A stretch of DNA of 42,712 bases from Escherichia phage LotteLoewe_Bas71, in the sequence record PQ850615.1; one strand, given 5' to 3'. Below the pieces are notes generated by a model that saw only the letters and a list, made by a program, of their open reading frames with translations, was not told the DNA's origin and ran no database searches. Position numbers and translations under genes: made by a program. Below are positions 8,094 through 16,980 of this stretch, piece after piece; positions within the stretch are counted from its first letter, which is position 1; the number at the start of each line of letters is the position of its first letter.

Positions 8094-8273
8094 ATGGCAG
8101 ATAATTACGTAATCCGCGAAAAGTATACCCACGTTGATATCGTTGACGGACAGGTGATGCCTGTTCGCGGTGTGGTAGAAGCGGATGAACTGGTTGCAAC
8201 CCAACCAGACAATGAAGAAGCGCACAACAACGGCGGTGGTACTAAGCGTCGTCGCCGTAAGTCAGAGGAATAA
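8094..8273 (+). CDS. hypothetical 59-aa protein
   Basis: ATG with AAGGAAAGG SD; basic C-terminus (KRRRRK); below the ORF-track length cutoff. Confidence 0.35.
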   Translation: MADNYVIREKYTHVDIVDGQVMPVRGVVEADELVATQPDNEEAHNNGGGTKRRRRKSEE

Positions 8274-8276
8274 TTT

Positions 8277-8789
8277 ATGCCGCTAATCGTGGAAACTGGG
8301 GTGATCGTCCCAAATGCCGACAGTTACATTAGTCTGGCTGACGCCCGCGCGTTAGCGGCTAATTATGGCCTTGAGCTGCCGGAAGACGATACCGCAGCAG
8401 AGGTGGCCTTACGCAACGGTGCTACTTATGTAGGGCTTGCAGAACCGCAGATGTGCGGTCGTCGAGTATCCGCCGAACAGTCTCTTGCATACCCCCGCAC
8501 CGGCGTTACGTTAAACGGGTTCCCGGTGGTCAACAACGCCATTCCGAAACAGGTGATTCTTGCGCAGGTAATCGCTGCCGCTACATATGGCGAGGGCACC
8601 GAAGTCCGGGCTAACTCAGACGGTCGCGCCGTGCAGACTGAGCGTGTCGAGGGTGCAGTAACAGTGACCTACTTCAACAATGGCAACAGTGGCGCTACGA
8701 CCGCGATTACCGCTGCTGACGACGCTTTACGCCCGTTATTGTGTGGCGGTCTTAACAATGGTTTCTCGTTTAATGTGTACCGGGGTTAA
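8277..8789 (+). CDS. head-tail connector / adaptor protein (gp6-like)
   Basis: N-terminal motif (ADSYISLADARALAA) typical of head-tail connector proteins; position after capsid genes. Confidence 0.5.
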   Translation: MPLIVETGVIVPNADSYISLADARALAANYGLELPEDDTAAEVALRNGATYVGLAEPQMCGRRVSAEQSLAYPRTGVTLNGFPVVNNAIPKQVILAQVIAAATYGEGTEVRANSDGRAVQTERVEGAVTVTYFNNGNSGATTAITAADDALRPLLCGGLNNGFSFNVYRG

Positions 8790-8791
8790 AA

Positions 8792-9406
8792 ATGGCGAAG
8801 ACTAAATCAGAGATATTCACGCTAATCGGTTCAGAGCTACCGGACAACACGACCGGACTTATTACGCCTGCGAAGTTGCGCGGGGTATTAACCCAGATGG
8901 CTGACTCACCTATTTACGCCACTCCGGGTGTTAAAGAGGTTGAAGTTCTCCGCGCTGCGTCGACAGTAGCGCAAGCGCCTACCGCGGTAGATACAGCATT
9001 GCAGTTAACTTTCGGCGCTGCGCAGGGTAGTGCATCCGACCCGGTAATGATTAATGCCGCTGGCCTGGTTACATTTAACACCGCTGGCAACTACGCCGTT
9101 CGCATCAAGTTACAGGCGGGGCGCACAGGGGCCAGCGGCACGTCCATCCTGTTATCGCGCATTCTTCTTAACGGAGCTCAATACGGCTCACCAGCTGCCA
9201 CGAAACTGGTAAGCGCCGATGTAACAATCCCGATTGAATCCCGCGTCGTTATTAACCCAGCCGCAGGCCAGACGTTTGCCGTTCAGATTATGCGGGATAG
9301 CGTCGGAACTAACTTCGGTGGTGTATACCCGCAAGTAGCTACCGTAACCGCATGGGGTACAGCACCATCCGCGCTACTGGTTATCTCGAGACTGGAGGCC
9401 GCGTAA
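8792..9406 (+). CDS. hypothetical structural protein
   Basis: 204 aa ORF within the head-tail joining gene block; coupled to neighbours. Confidence 0.4.
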   Translation: MAKTKSEIFTLIGSELPDNTTGLITPAKLRGVLTQMADSPIYATPGVKEVEVLRAASTVAQAPTAVDTALQLTFGAAQGSASDPVMINAAGLVTFNTAGNYAVRIKLQAGRTGASGTSILLSRILLNGAQYGSPAATKLVSADVTIPIESRVVINPAAGQTFAVQIMRDSVGTNFGGVYPQVATVTAWGTAPSALLVISRLEAA

Positions 9407-9515
9407 TGGAGGTTAAAAAACGCCTAGTAATAAAACGTAGTTACGGTTATAAGAAGCGGTTGTCTGATGCAAGTAAGGAATTAGCCAACATTCTTTCGAC
9501 CAAGAGAGGGTTAGA

Positions 9516-9875
9516 ATGAGCACCGCTTTCAGTAAACGTATGCAAGGCGTAGGCACACGCCTGCTAACCAAGTTCGGCAGCACGGTATCTCTGGTTCGCG
9601 CTGGCTCGAAAGTGTGGGATGAAGTTCTCGGTGAATACGTCTGGTCTGCGGATGAAGTGTTGCCGTTGAAGGCTGTTCCGGTTCCGGTAAACGCGGGACT
9701 GGTAAACGGTACGACGATTCAGGCTGGCGACATGATTGTTAAAGCGGATTGCAGCGTCGTTCCGAAGATGGAAGACAAAGTGCAATTCGGTGGCGAGCAG
9801 TGGTCTGTCGTAGCCATTGAGAAGAAGATGGTTAACGATGATGTCGTGGCATACTTTATTCAGGTGAGAAAATGA
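9516..9875 (+). CDS. hypothetical head-tail joining protein
   Basis: 119 aa, GAGAGGG SD; overlaps next gene (ATGA). Confidence 0.4.
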   Translation: MSTAFSKRMQGVGTRLLTKFGSTVSLVRAGSKVWDEVLGEYVWSADEVLPLKAVPVPVNAGLVNGTTIQAGDMIVKADCSVVPKMEDKVQFGGEQWSVVAIEKKMVNDDVVAYFIQVRK

Positions 9876-10372
9876 GTTTCGCGCTTGATGTCTCTAAGTT
9901 CGTGGAAAAGGCGAAGAAGAACCCTGAGAAGGTGATGCGTCAGGTGTCTATCAAGCTGTTTTCCGCTATTATAAAGGCGAGTCCGGTGGATACTGGCCGC
10001 TTTCGTATGAACTGGATGGCCTCTGGCGGTACTCCTGCTTCCGGTACGAGTCGCGGTACCGACCCTAGCGGGGCGAACGCGATAAGCGCTATGGTTTCTA
10101 CGGTGTCAGGTTTACCCGACTGGAGCGAGTTTACCCTGACAAATAACCTGCCGTATGCGGAAGTTATAGAGTTCGGGGGTTACGCTACCGGCTTCCATGG
10201 CCCTAAGCGTCCTTCTAACTTAGGCTCTAAATTTGTTGGCCCATTGAGGCCGAAAGCGCCCAGCAGAACAACCACAGACGGATATTCCCTTCAGGCTCCG
10301 CAAGGTGTTGTCCGGGTTAACGTTCAGCGATTCAATAAACTGCTCGAAGAAGAAGCGAGGAAGTATAAATAA
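9872..10372 (+). CDS. HK97 gp10-like neck / tail-completion protein
   Basis: N-terminal region (KLFSAIIKASPVDTGRFRMNW) resembles the HK97 gp10 family; position. Confidence 0.45.
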   Translation: MSFALDVSKFVEKAKKNPEKVMRQVSIKLFSAIIKASPVDTGRFRMNWMASGGTPASGTSRGTDPSGANAISAMVSTVSGLPDWSEFTLTNNLPYAEVIEFGGYATGFHGPKRPSNLGSKFVGPLRPKAPSRTTTDGYSLQAPQGVVRVNVQRFNKLLEEEARKYK

Positions 10373-10785
10373 TGGGCTACTTTGAGGACTTAACAAAAGC
10401 GTTCGATGTTCCGCTGGTAGCCTTCGGAACCGCCAACGGCATCAAGGTTGCGCTTGAAAACATCGACGCGCCGACGTCAACCGATACGCCGTATCTGGCG
10501 AGTTACATGCTACTGGCAGATACCGAGCAGGCGGATTTGTTCTTCACTGAGCAACGCTCTGGTATTTATCAGGTAGACATTAACTACGCATCGGTGAAAG
10601 GTAGCGCGCCAATCAATAAAATGGCAGACTTACTTAACACGGCGTTTAAAGCAGGTAAGTCATTTTCGCGTAACGACATCTGCGCCGAGGTTCAATCGGT
10701 TAGCCTGGGGCCGCTGATTGTAGAAAACGGATGGGCCAAACGACCATTGTCAATTAACTTTATTGCATTCACCAAGAGGCTGTGA
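10372..10785 (+). CDS. putative tail terminator / tail completion protein
   Basis: 137 aa ORF directly upstream of the major tail protein candidate. Confidence 0.35.
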   Translation: MGYFEDLTKAFDVPLVAFGTANGIKVALENIDAPTSTDTPYLASYMLLADTEQADLFFTEQRSGIYQVDINYASVKGSAPINKMADLLNTAFKAGKSFSRNDICAEVQSVSLGPLIVENGWAKRPLSINFIAFTKRL

Positions 10786-11954
10786 ATATGGCTACAACTC
10801 CTTTTAAGGGCGCGAATACCGCGCAATTCTATGTGGCGGAAACTACCCCTGGCGTAACACCGACTAACCCGGTATGGTCGCCGTTGCGTAACACGGGCGG
10901 CGTTCCCGCTGTAACCCGCGATGCACTGACTTCCAACGAACTGGACGGCAGCCGTGAAACTACATCCATCCGAACCGGTAACAAGCAGGTTAGCGGGGAG
11001 TATGCCATCGAACTTAGCTCTCGTAGCCAGGATGATTTCCTTGCGGGAGCGATGACTTCTACGTGGCAAGCTGGGGTAGAGATTACTGGCGCCGAAATTA
11101 CGGTCGCCCCAGCAGGTAAAACATTCACCCGCGCTGCCGGTAGCTTCATTACTGACGGTGTAGAAGTTGGCGACCTTATTGCGTTCACCGACTTAACCGG
11201 CGACAACGCAAAACCGTTTATCGTGACCGCGGTTTCCGCTCTGGTAGTTACGGGCGCAGGTATTCAGCACACGCTGACAGCAGAGACAGTAACCACTGAC
11301 GCAAAAACTGGCGACAAGCTGGAAACCGGTAACGCGTGTAAGACGTTCTCCATCCTGACGTGGTTCAAGGGCCAGTGTGGTAACCCGGACGCGTACATGC
11401 TGACCAAAGGTGTGGAAATCTCTGGCTTTACCGTAGAGCAGGCGGTTAACGCCATGGTCACCGGCAGCTTCCCGTTCATCGGCCTGAGTCAGGAGATTCT
11501 TACCGCGCCGCCGTCCGGCTCTGATTTCTCTCAGGTTACGTTCACCGATGAGCCGTTCTCGTCGGTAGATGTGTCGGTGTTCGATGGCTCCACGCCGTTG
11601 CGTTGCGATACTCTCACCATCACCAACGACAACGGAGCTTCCGCGCAGTTCGAACTCGGTAACAGTAGCGTGGCGTTCGTCGAACGTGGACGCGCAGCTA
11701 ACACATTCTCTATCTCTGGCAAGCTGTACGACATGGCGATGATTCAGAAGTTTATCAACGAGCAGCAGGTAGAGATTAACTCTATTCTGGCAGGGGTAAA
11801 CGGGGCTATGTCTTTCAGTTTGAAACGTGCAGAGCTTACGGCGGTTACACCTGAGATTGGTGGGCCTGAGTCAATCACTCAGTCCATTGAAGGCCAGGCT
11901 ACCGGCAATCAGTACCAGTCGTCTATCGTAATTCAACGTATCACCTACGCATAA
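10782..11954 (+). CDS. major tail protein
   Basis: 390 aa, T/G/S-rich; last structural ORF before the chaperone/tape-measure block; followed by a strong terminator. Confidence 0.5.
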   Translation: MNMATTPFKGANTAQFYVAETTPGVTPTNPVWSPLRNTGGVPAVTRDALTSNELDGSRETTSIRTGNKQVSGEYAIELSSRSQDDFLAGAMTSTWQAGVEITGAEITVAPAGKTFTRAAGSFITDGVEVGDLIAFTDLTGDNAKPFIVTAVSALVVTGAGIQHTLTAETVTTDAKTGDKLETGNACKTFSILTWFKGQCGNPDAYMLTKGVEISGFTVEQAVNAMVTGSFPFIGLSQEILTAPPSGSDFSQVTFTDEPFSSVDVSVFDGSTPLRCDTLTITNDNGASAQFELGNSSVAFVERGRAANTFSISGKLYDMAMIQKFINEQQVEINSILAGVNGAMSFSLKRAELTAVTPEIGGPESITQSIEGQATGNQYQSSIVIQRITYA

Positions 11955-11958
11955 AACT

Positions 11959-11984
11959 AAGGCCCCTTTCGGGGCCTTTTTCTC
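11959..11984. terminator. bidirectional intrinsic terminator
   Basis: AAGGCCCC-TTTC-GGGGCCTT hairpin followed by TTTTCT; between major tail gene and leftward cassette. Confidence 0.6.
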
Positions 11985-12213
11985 ACTCATCAATATTACT
12001 TCGATACTCCCGTAACTTCTCCAGACTTTCAATTGCTTCTGCTAAGTCGGTTCCGGTGTCCTTGTGTCCACGTAAACCCATGCACAATAGCTTCTTCAAT
12101 GCGTGCTGTAACGCCGGGTCGCGGATGTCGAAAGCGCGGAGCACATCATAAACGTCTACTGTCATAGTGCTGCCGTGAGTATTTGTCATTGTGCGGTTGT
12201 ATTTTGAAGTCAT
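11983..12213 (-). CDS. hypothetical 76-aa protein (last gene of leftward cassette)
   Basis: ATGA-coupled to the upstream metallophosphoesterase gene; followed by terminator 11959..11984. Confidence 0.45.
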   Translation of the reverse strand: MTSKYNRTMTNTHGSTMTVDVYDVLRAFDIRDPALQHALKKLLCMGLRGHKDTGTDLAEAIESLEKLREYRSNIDE

Positions 12214-13340
12214 CCCAGCATCTCCGGTGAAATAGTTAAACGTGCGACCTCGCCATATTCGGCGCTATAAGTAATTACGTTTGCGCTACGCCCAGACATC
12301 CATCCGCCGCGCGAGGCGTAGGCGTCTTTCGCCGCTAAGGTGCGGTGTTGCTCAACAATCATGTTACGGCTTTCTACAATCTTCTGGTGGTGCAGGTGGC
12401 CTACGTGGGCGTAGCTGTAAACACTCTCACCGAACGCTTTGCGGAACTTGGCAATCATAACCGGTTCGATAGCGTCGAATCGTGCTTTATGCCCGTGATG
12501 GAAGAACAGCGTCGTTTTGCCGTGTTGCACCATCTTGTAAACATCCGGCGACGTATCAACAATCACTCGGCTGTCGTTTGAGTATAAAACCGTGAACATT
12601 TCGGCAAGCCATACGGAGCCAACAGGGTCGTGGTTACCTTGAACGATTAAAAGTTTTACTGTGTGATGCTTAACCAGCGCCATATCAACAACACGGCGGA
12701 CCATACGAATCATGTAACGTACCAGTTTCTGATAGCGAGTATCCGCATCTAATACATGGCGCGACTCGGGGGTAACGGCATCAAGACTATCGAAGTGTGC
12801 GAAATCACCCAGCAGGTTAATAACTCCTGTTCCTGCATCCGGTGCTTTCTGAAACGCCGCGTCGAACCAACGAGAGAACAGGTCTTCTGCAATCTTCATG
12901 TCCCAGTCGTCGCCGCTCTCATCGGCCCATGCCAGCATACCGAGATGGAAATCAGATACAGTGTAAAGATTGAGTAGCTTGTCGTCACGTTTGGCGCGCG
13001 CCGCTTTAACAGGCGCAACGGGCGTAATCTCTGACTTCATGCCCTCTATTACGGCTTTCATCAATTCAACCTGACGTTCGGCGTCGGTATCAGTCTTAAC
13101 CCATTGCAACTTAGTGTTGCCGAACTCGTCCACAAGTGACGACGTTCCTTTAATCTTGTAGCCGTCTGGCACAAGGTGGCTAACGTCGCGCCCGTGGCCC
13201 ACGCCTTTCTTAGCCAGCTTCGCTTTACGGATACGAATAACTCGGTCTGAGATGCCGTATTTACGGGCGATGTCTACATTCTTCATCCCGGCGTTCAATT
13301 CTTCCTGTAACTGTTCGTCGGTTATTTTCTTCTGGGCCAT
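12210..13340 (-). CDS. HTH-domain + calcineurin-like metallophosphoesterase
   Basis: Complete metallophosphatase motif series DFHLG / GDFAHFD / GNHD / HHGH / GHLHH in order; N-terminal HTH-like segment (NVDIARKYGISDRVIRIRK); GAGGAAG SD. Confidence 0.65.
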   Translation of the reverse strand: MAQKKITDEQLQEELNAGMKNVDIARKYGISDRVIRIRKAKLAKKGVGHGRDVSHLVPDGYKIKGTSSLVDEFGNTKLQWVKTDTDAERQVELMKAVIEGMKSEITPVAPVKAARAKRDDKLLNLYTVSDFHLGMLAWADESGDDWDMKIAEDLFSRWFDAAFQKAPDAGTGVINLLGDFAHFDSLDAVTPESRHVLDADTRYQKLVRYMIRMVRRVVDMALVKHHTVKLLIVQGNHDPVGSVWLAEMFTVLYSNDSRVIVDTSPDVYKMVQHGKTTLFFHHGHKARFDAIEPVMIAKFRKAFGESVYSYAHVGHLHHQKIVESRNMIVEQHRTLAAKDAYASRGGWMSGRSANVITYSAEYGEVARLTISPEMLG

Positions 13341-13405
13341 GCTTACTTCCTCGTGTTTAGGATTTGTCCTATTTAACCACAGTGGATTCCTTTAAATAAA
13401 GGCGA

Positions 13406-13732
13406 CTATTTACTTTCTGCGCCTATCGCCCACCCTGTCATTACCATTTGCAGACGGGTGGCTGTCAGTAGGCTATAGAAAGCATCTCCGTTTTTCTCTA
13501 CCGAACGTATCACTGTGTAGGTTACGGCCTGCGGGGGTAGGCCCGATTTACCAACCTCCACGGCGGCCTCACACTCGCGAACTGTAGAGTCCTTGAACGC
13601 CTTTACAATAGTAGGGTCGGCTTTATCAAGCACACCAGAAGTCATAAGAACAGATTCACTAAATACCTGTTCGCACGGGGCTCCAAAAGTAGCAAAAGAC
13701 ATAAAACCCAGAGCTAGTACTAATTTACGCAT
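13406..13732 (-). CDS. secreted (periplasmic) 108-aa protein
   Basis: N-terminal signal peptide (MRKLVLALGFMSFATFGA), two cysteines; first gene after promoter 13761..13789. Confidence 0.5.
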   Translation of the reverse strand: MRKLVLALGFMSFATFGAPCEQVFSESVLMTSGVLDKADPTIVKAFKDSTVRECEAAVEVGKSGLPPQAVTYTVIRSVEKNGDAFYSLLTATRLQMVMTGWAIGAESK

Positions 13733-13749
13733 AATTATTTCCTCAGTAA

Positions 13750-13778
13750 GTTACATGTGAATAGTACCCTATTATATT
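13750..13778 (+). promoter_or_regulatory. candidate rightward promoter overlapping the leftward one (divergent pair)
   Basis: GTTACA (13750..13755) - N17 - TATATT (13773..13778) on the plus strand within the same palindromic element; upstream of tail chaperone operon. Confidence 0.35.
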
Positions 13779-13789
13779 GGGGTGTGCAA
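13761..13789 (-). promoter_or_regulatory. leftward class A promoter for cassette 13732..11983
   Basis: Minus strand TTGCAC (13784..13789) - N17 - TACTAT (13761..13766). Confidence 0.55.
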
Positions 13790-13795
13790 GTAGTG

Positions 13796-13806
13796 TGCTA
13801 GAATAA
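13796..13806 (+). promoter_or_regulatory. candidate late-promoter motif variant TGCTAGAATAA upstream of tail chaperone operon
   Basis: 9/11 match to TGTTGGAATAA; about 90 nt upstream of 13897. Confidence 0.2.
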
Positions 13807-13896
13807 GTTTGCGCCTAGTGTCGCACACGAAAAGCGGGTGGTTCCCGCCTGGCGCATTAACCATAACCAGTAACCTCTTAACCAAAGGACTAAAGA

Positions 13897-14313
13897 ATGA
13901 AACTTTCTGATTTCTATTTTGCCGACCGCCACGCCGCCGGTACTAAAATGCCTATCCTTCTGCCCAGTGGTAAAGATTCCGGTGAATGGTTGCAGGTCAT
14001 CGGCCCCGATTGTGACGCTGGTGTTCGTGCGGGCCGTGCCTACACAACGGCAATTCGACGCCTTACGGAAGAACTTGCGCCATTAGATAAAGAGTGCGAG
14101 GCGCTGAATAACTGGGCGCGCTATAATGATGAGAAGGGCTGGCGGGTGATGGACCTGAACAAGCAGCTTGCCGTGGAAATCGTCACCGGTTGGTCATTCG
14201 ACGAACCATTCAGCAAAGAGGCGCTTGCTAACCTGTTCGACCAGTACAGTGGGTTGGCAGAGGCCGTAGTTAAGCATCACACCGATAGCCGTGAGAAACT
14301 CTCGGAAAAGTAA
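13897..14313 (+). CDS. tail assembly chaperone (G-like)
   Basis: Located immediately upstream of the tape measure gene; followed by a -1 frame ORF reachable by frameshift. Confidence 0.55.
   Translation: MKLSDFYFADRHAAGTKMPILLPSGKDSGEWLQVIGPDCDAGVRAGRAYTTAIRRLTEELAPLDKECEALNNWARYNDEKGWRVMDLNKQLAVEIVTGWSFDEPFSKEALANLFDQYSGLAEAVVKHHTDSREKLSEK
14305..14313 (+). other. candidate programmed -1 ribosomal frameshift site (GAAAAGTAA)
   Basis: Lys codon AAG immediately before stop TAA, with AAA available in the -1 frame; -1 frame is open into the tape measure start. Confidence 0.45.
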
Positions 14314-14675
14314 AAGCGCTGTATGAATTTGCGCAATGGTGCTTTGTCGACCGCCACAAACGTAAGCAATTCGACGACATCGCGGCGGGCCACCAGGCGG
14401 CTTTGATTGCAATGGGCGTGATTAAAGAACCGCAGATGAAAGAAGCGACGGGGCCAGAATGCCCCGTTTCTCTTATCGACGTGTTCGAGAAATACCGTGC
14501 CATTAAATTCCTACAGCGCGAAACAGATGATACTATCGTTATAATCCCGCGCGATGCGCTCAAATGGCAAGATTTGGTAGCGTTTCGTGATGTCGCCGGT
14601 TACGGCATAAGTTTGTTCGAAGCCGAGGTTATCATGGGCTTAGACGGAATATTTGAGGGCAGAGAAGATGGCTGA
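14307..14675 (+). CDS. tail assembly chaperone -1 frameshift extension (GT-like product)
   Basis: -1 frame is open from 14295 to 14675 and overlaps the tape measure start; lysine codon AAG sits directly before stop TAA with A AAA AG context (14305..14313). Confidence 0.45.
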   Translation, partial: KVKALYEFAQWCFVDRHKRKQFDDIAAGHQAALIAMGVIKEPQMKEATGPECPVSLIDVFEKYRAIKFLQRETDDTIVIIPRDALKWQDLVAFRDVAGYGISLFEAEVIMGLDGIFEGREDG

Positions 14676-16980
14676 TACGGCTTCCCTAATCGCCAGAGTA
14701 AAAACAGAAGGTGCTGACGTAGCTGCCAAACAGCTTGACGCTATGGCGTCGTCTGCAGACCGCGCTGATACCGCGGTAAACAAGCTGACTCCGGACGTTA
14801 ATAAAGTAAACTCCGCTACGTCTAAAGCGGCTTCTGACGGTTTCGCTAAATTCCGTAACGCCGCCGGGCAGGTAGGCTTCCAGGTGCAGGACATGGTCGT
14901 CCAGTTGCAGTCCGGCACGTCTGCATTCGTAGCAATCGGGCAACAAGGCTCTCAGCTTGCGGGTGCTTTCGGCCCTGGTGGCGCGGTGCTTGGGGCCGTA
15001 ATTGCTCTTGCGTCAGCAATCGGTGGTGTCCTGTATAAATCGTTAACCGAAGCAGAAGGCAGTTCAAAAGACCTCGAAGCCGCGCAGAAACAGTTAAAAG
15101 ATACTTTCCAGCAAACGGCATCTGGCTCTCTCGAGCTGACAGACGGCCTTATCCAGCTTACCCAAATCAGCAGAGAGGCGGCAGAGACTCAGCTTGCTCT
15201 GGCTAAGGCCAACGCGGACCTTATCGCGCAGCAAACAGCTAAAGCCGTTCGTGAGGACGCAGAATCGTGGGAAACATGGAAAGCATCCACGGCATCGGCG
15301 ATTAGCCAGTACGATGCACTGACCTCTAAGGGTGCTGATGTAGGTGACACGTTAGAAAAACTCGGTGGTACTTACGAGGGTAACATCGTAGGCGTCAACA
15401 TGCTGGCGCAGAATATCGCGGAGCTTAGCAGTAAGTTCGGAGTTAACCGTGACCAGGCGCTGGAGATGATAGCGGCGCAGAGTGCGTTTAACAAAGAGCC
15501 AACCGCCGAGAATGCCCGTCGCATCGCCGATGTGTTTACCGACTGGCTCGGTAACACAAAACAGTTGAACCCGGAACTTATCCGCCTGACGGACAACGCC
15601 AACAAGAACGCCACGGCACTGGAGAACGCGGAGAAGTCAGCAAACGCGGCGGCAGAGGCCCAAAAGAATCTTGGTCGCAACGTCAACTCAACCACGCAGA
15701 GATTCCAGGAACAGAACGAAGCTATCGTCAAAGACCAGCAAATCGCCATCTTAAGCGACCGTGAGCGTATCCGGGCGCAAGCTGAACTTGATAAACAGGC
15801 GTTCGCTAAACGTGAAGCCGTCACCAAAGAACAGATAGCCGCGTATAATGCGGCCCGCGACGCGGAAGCGCAGCAAGACATCGCCCGCATTGACAAGACC
15901 GAGAAAGAGAAGGCCGACCGCGAGGCTAAATCGAACGAGGAACGTCTGGCGGCACAAGCCAAACGCGAAGAAACAGCGGCACAACGTCAGAAAAAAGCGG
16001 CGGAAGATTTCCTGGCTACTGTCGACCGCACAACCGGAGACGAAATTTCACGTATCACAGCGGCAGAAGAACAGAAACTGGCGAAACTTGAAGAGTTCAA
16101 CCGCGCCGGAACGATAAGCCAGCAGCAGTACGAAAACGCCAAAACTCAAATTATGCTCACCGCCGAGCAGGCCAGACAGGAAGAACTGGATAAGAAAAGA
16201 AAAGAGCAGCAGGAAAAGCAGCAGAAAGGCGACGACTTCATGGCCCAGATTATGGGTCAGAACGCCGCTGAGCTTGAGCTTCTCGACATCCAGGAACAGC
16301 AGAAACTGTCGGTAGCAGATAAGTACCGCGAGCAGGGTTTGATTAGTGAGAAGCAGTACCAGGCGGCGCTTAACGCCATCAATGAGCAGTATGCTACGAA
16401 GCGTGCCGACGCAACGGCAACGGCCTTCGGTAACATGGCTTCAAACATCGGTTCGGCTTTGGGCGAGGCTTCTGGCGCGTATAAGGCATTCGCTATCGTA
16501 CAGGCCACTATCGCCACGTACACCGCGGCTATCGAGGCGTACAAGTCCACAGCGGCTATCCCTGTAGTTGGTCCGTTCCTGGCTCCTGTAGCTGCCGCCG
16601 CTGCCGTTGGGGCGGGTATGGCGCAGATTTCCGCTATCAGGTCCGCACGTGAACAGGGCGGACAGTTATCAGCCGGGCAGGCTTCCACCATCGCTGAACG
16701 TGGTAAACCAGAAGTTATCATGCCCGCTGGTGCGTCACGTGTACGCACCGCACAGCAGATGAAAGAGATTATGGGACAAAACGGGTCTTCTTCCGGCCCA
16801 TCTAATGTTACCATTGTAAATAATACATCGAGTCAGATTGGCAACGTATCCACCGAGCAGGATGATGAAGGCCGTCTGCGTATCATCATAGAAGAGCAAG
16901 TTGCTGCATCTTTGCAGAACAGCAACAGTAAGATTAGCAAGGCCCGCAAGGCCACAAGAAATGCGCCGGGGTTTAAATAA
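14653..16980 (+). CDS. tail tape measure protein
   Basis: 775 aa, long A/Q/E/K-rich predicted coiled coil with a glycine/alanine-rich hydrophobic segment; position after chaperone. Confidence 0.75.
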   Translation: MRAEKMADTASLIARVKTEGADVAAKQLDAMASSADRADTAVNKLTPDVNKVNSATSKAASDGFAKFRNAAGQVGFQVQDMVVQLQSGTSAFVAIGQQGSQLAGAFGPGGAVLGAVIALASAIGGVLYKSLTEAEGSSKDLEAAQKQLKDTFQQTASGSLELTDGLIQLTQISREAAETQLALAKANADLIAQQTAKAVREDAESWETWKASTASAISQYDALTSKGADVGDTLEKLGGTYEGNIVGVNMLAQNIAELSSKFGVNRDQALEMIAAQSAFNKEPTAENARRIADVFTDWLGNTKQLNPELIRLTDNANKNATALENAEKSANAAAEAQKNLGRNVNSTTQRFQEQNEAIVKDQQIAILSDRERIRAQAELDKQAFAKREAVTKEQIAAYNAARDAEAQQDIARIDKTEKEKADREAKSNEERLAAQAKREETAAQRQKKAAEDFLATVDRTTGDEISRITAAEEQKLAKLEEFNRAGTISQQQYENAKTQIMLTAEQARQEELDKKRKEQQEKQQKGDDFMAQIMGQNAAELELLDIQEQQKLSVADKYREQGLISEKQYQAALNAINEQYATKRADATATAFGNMASNIGSALGEASGAYKAFAIVQATIATYTAAIEAYKSTAAIPVVGPFLAPVAAAAAVGAGMAQISAIRSAREQGGQLSAGQASTIAERGKPEVIMPAGASRVRTAQQMKEIMGQNGSSSGPSNVTIVNNTSSQIGNVSTEQDDEGRLRIIIEEQVAASLQNSNSKISKARKATRNAPGFK

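Noticed and set aside
15372-15962. 196-aa minus-strand ORF inside the tape measure gene (also 16257..16814 and 14846..15121)
   Set aside because: Antisense to a well-supported long gene; low-complexity, Ala/Ser/Arg-rich translation typical of the reverse frame of GC-rich coiled-coil coding sequence; no SD.
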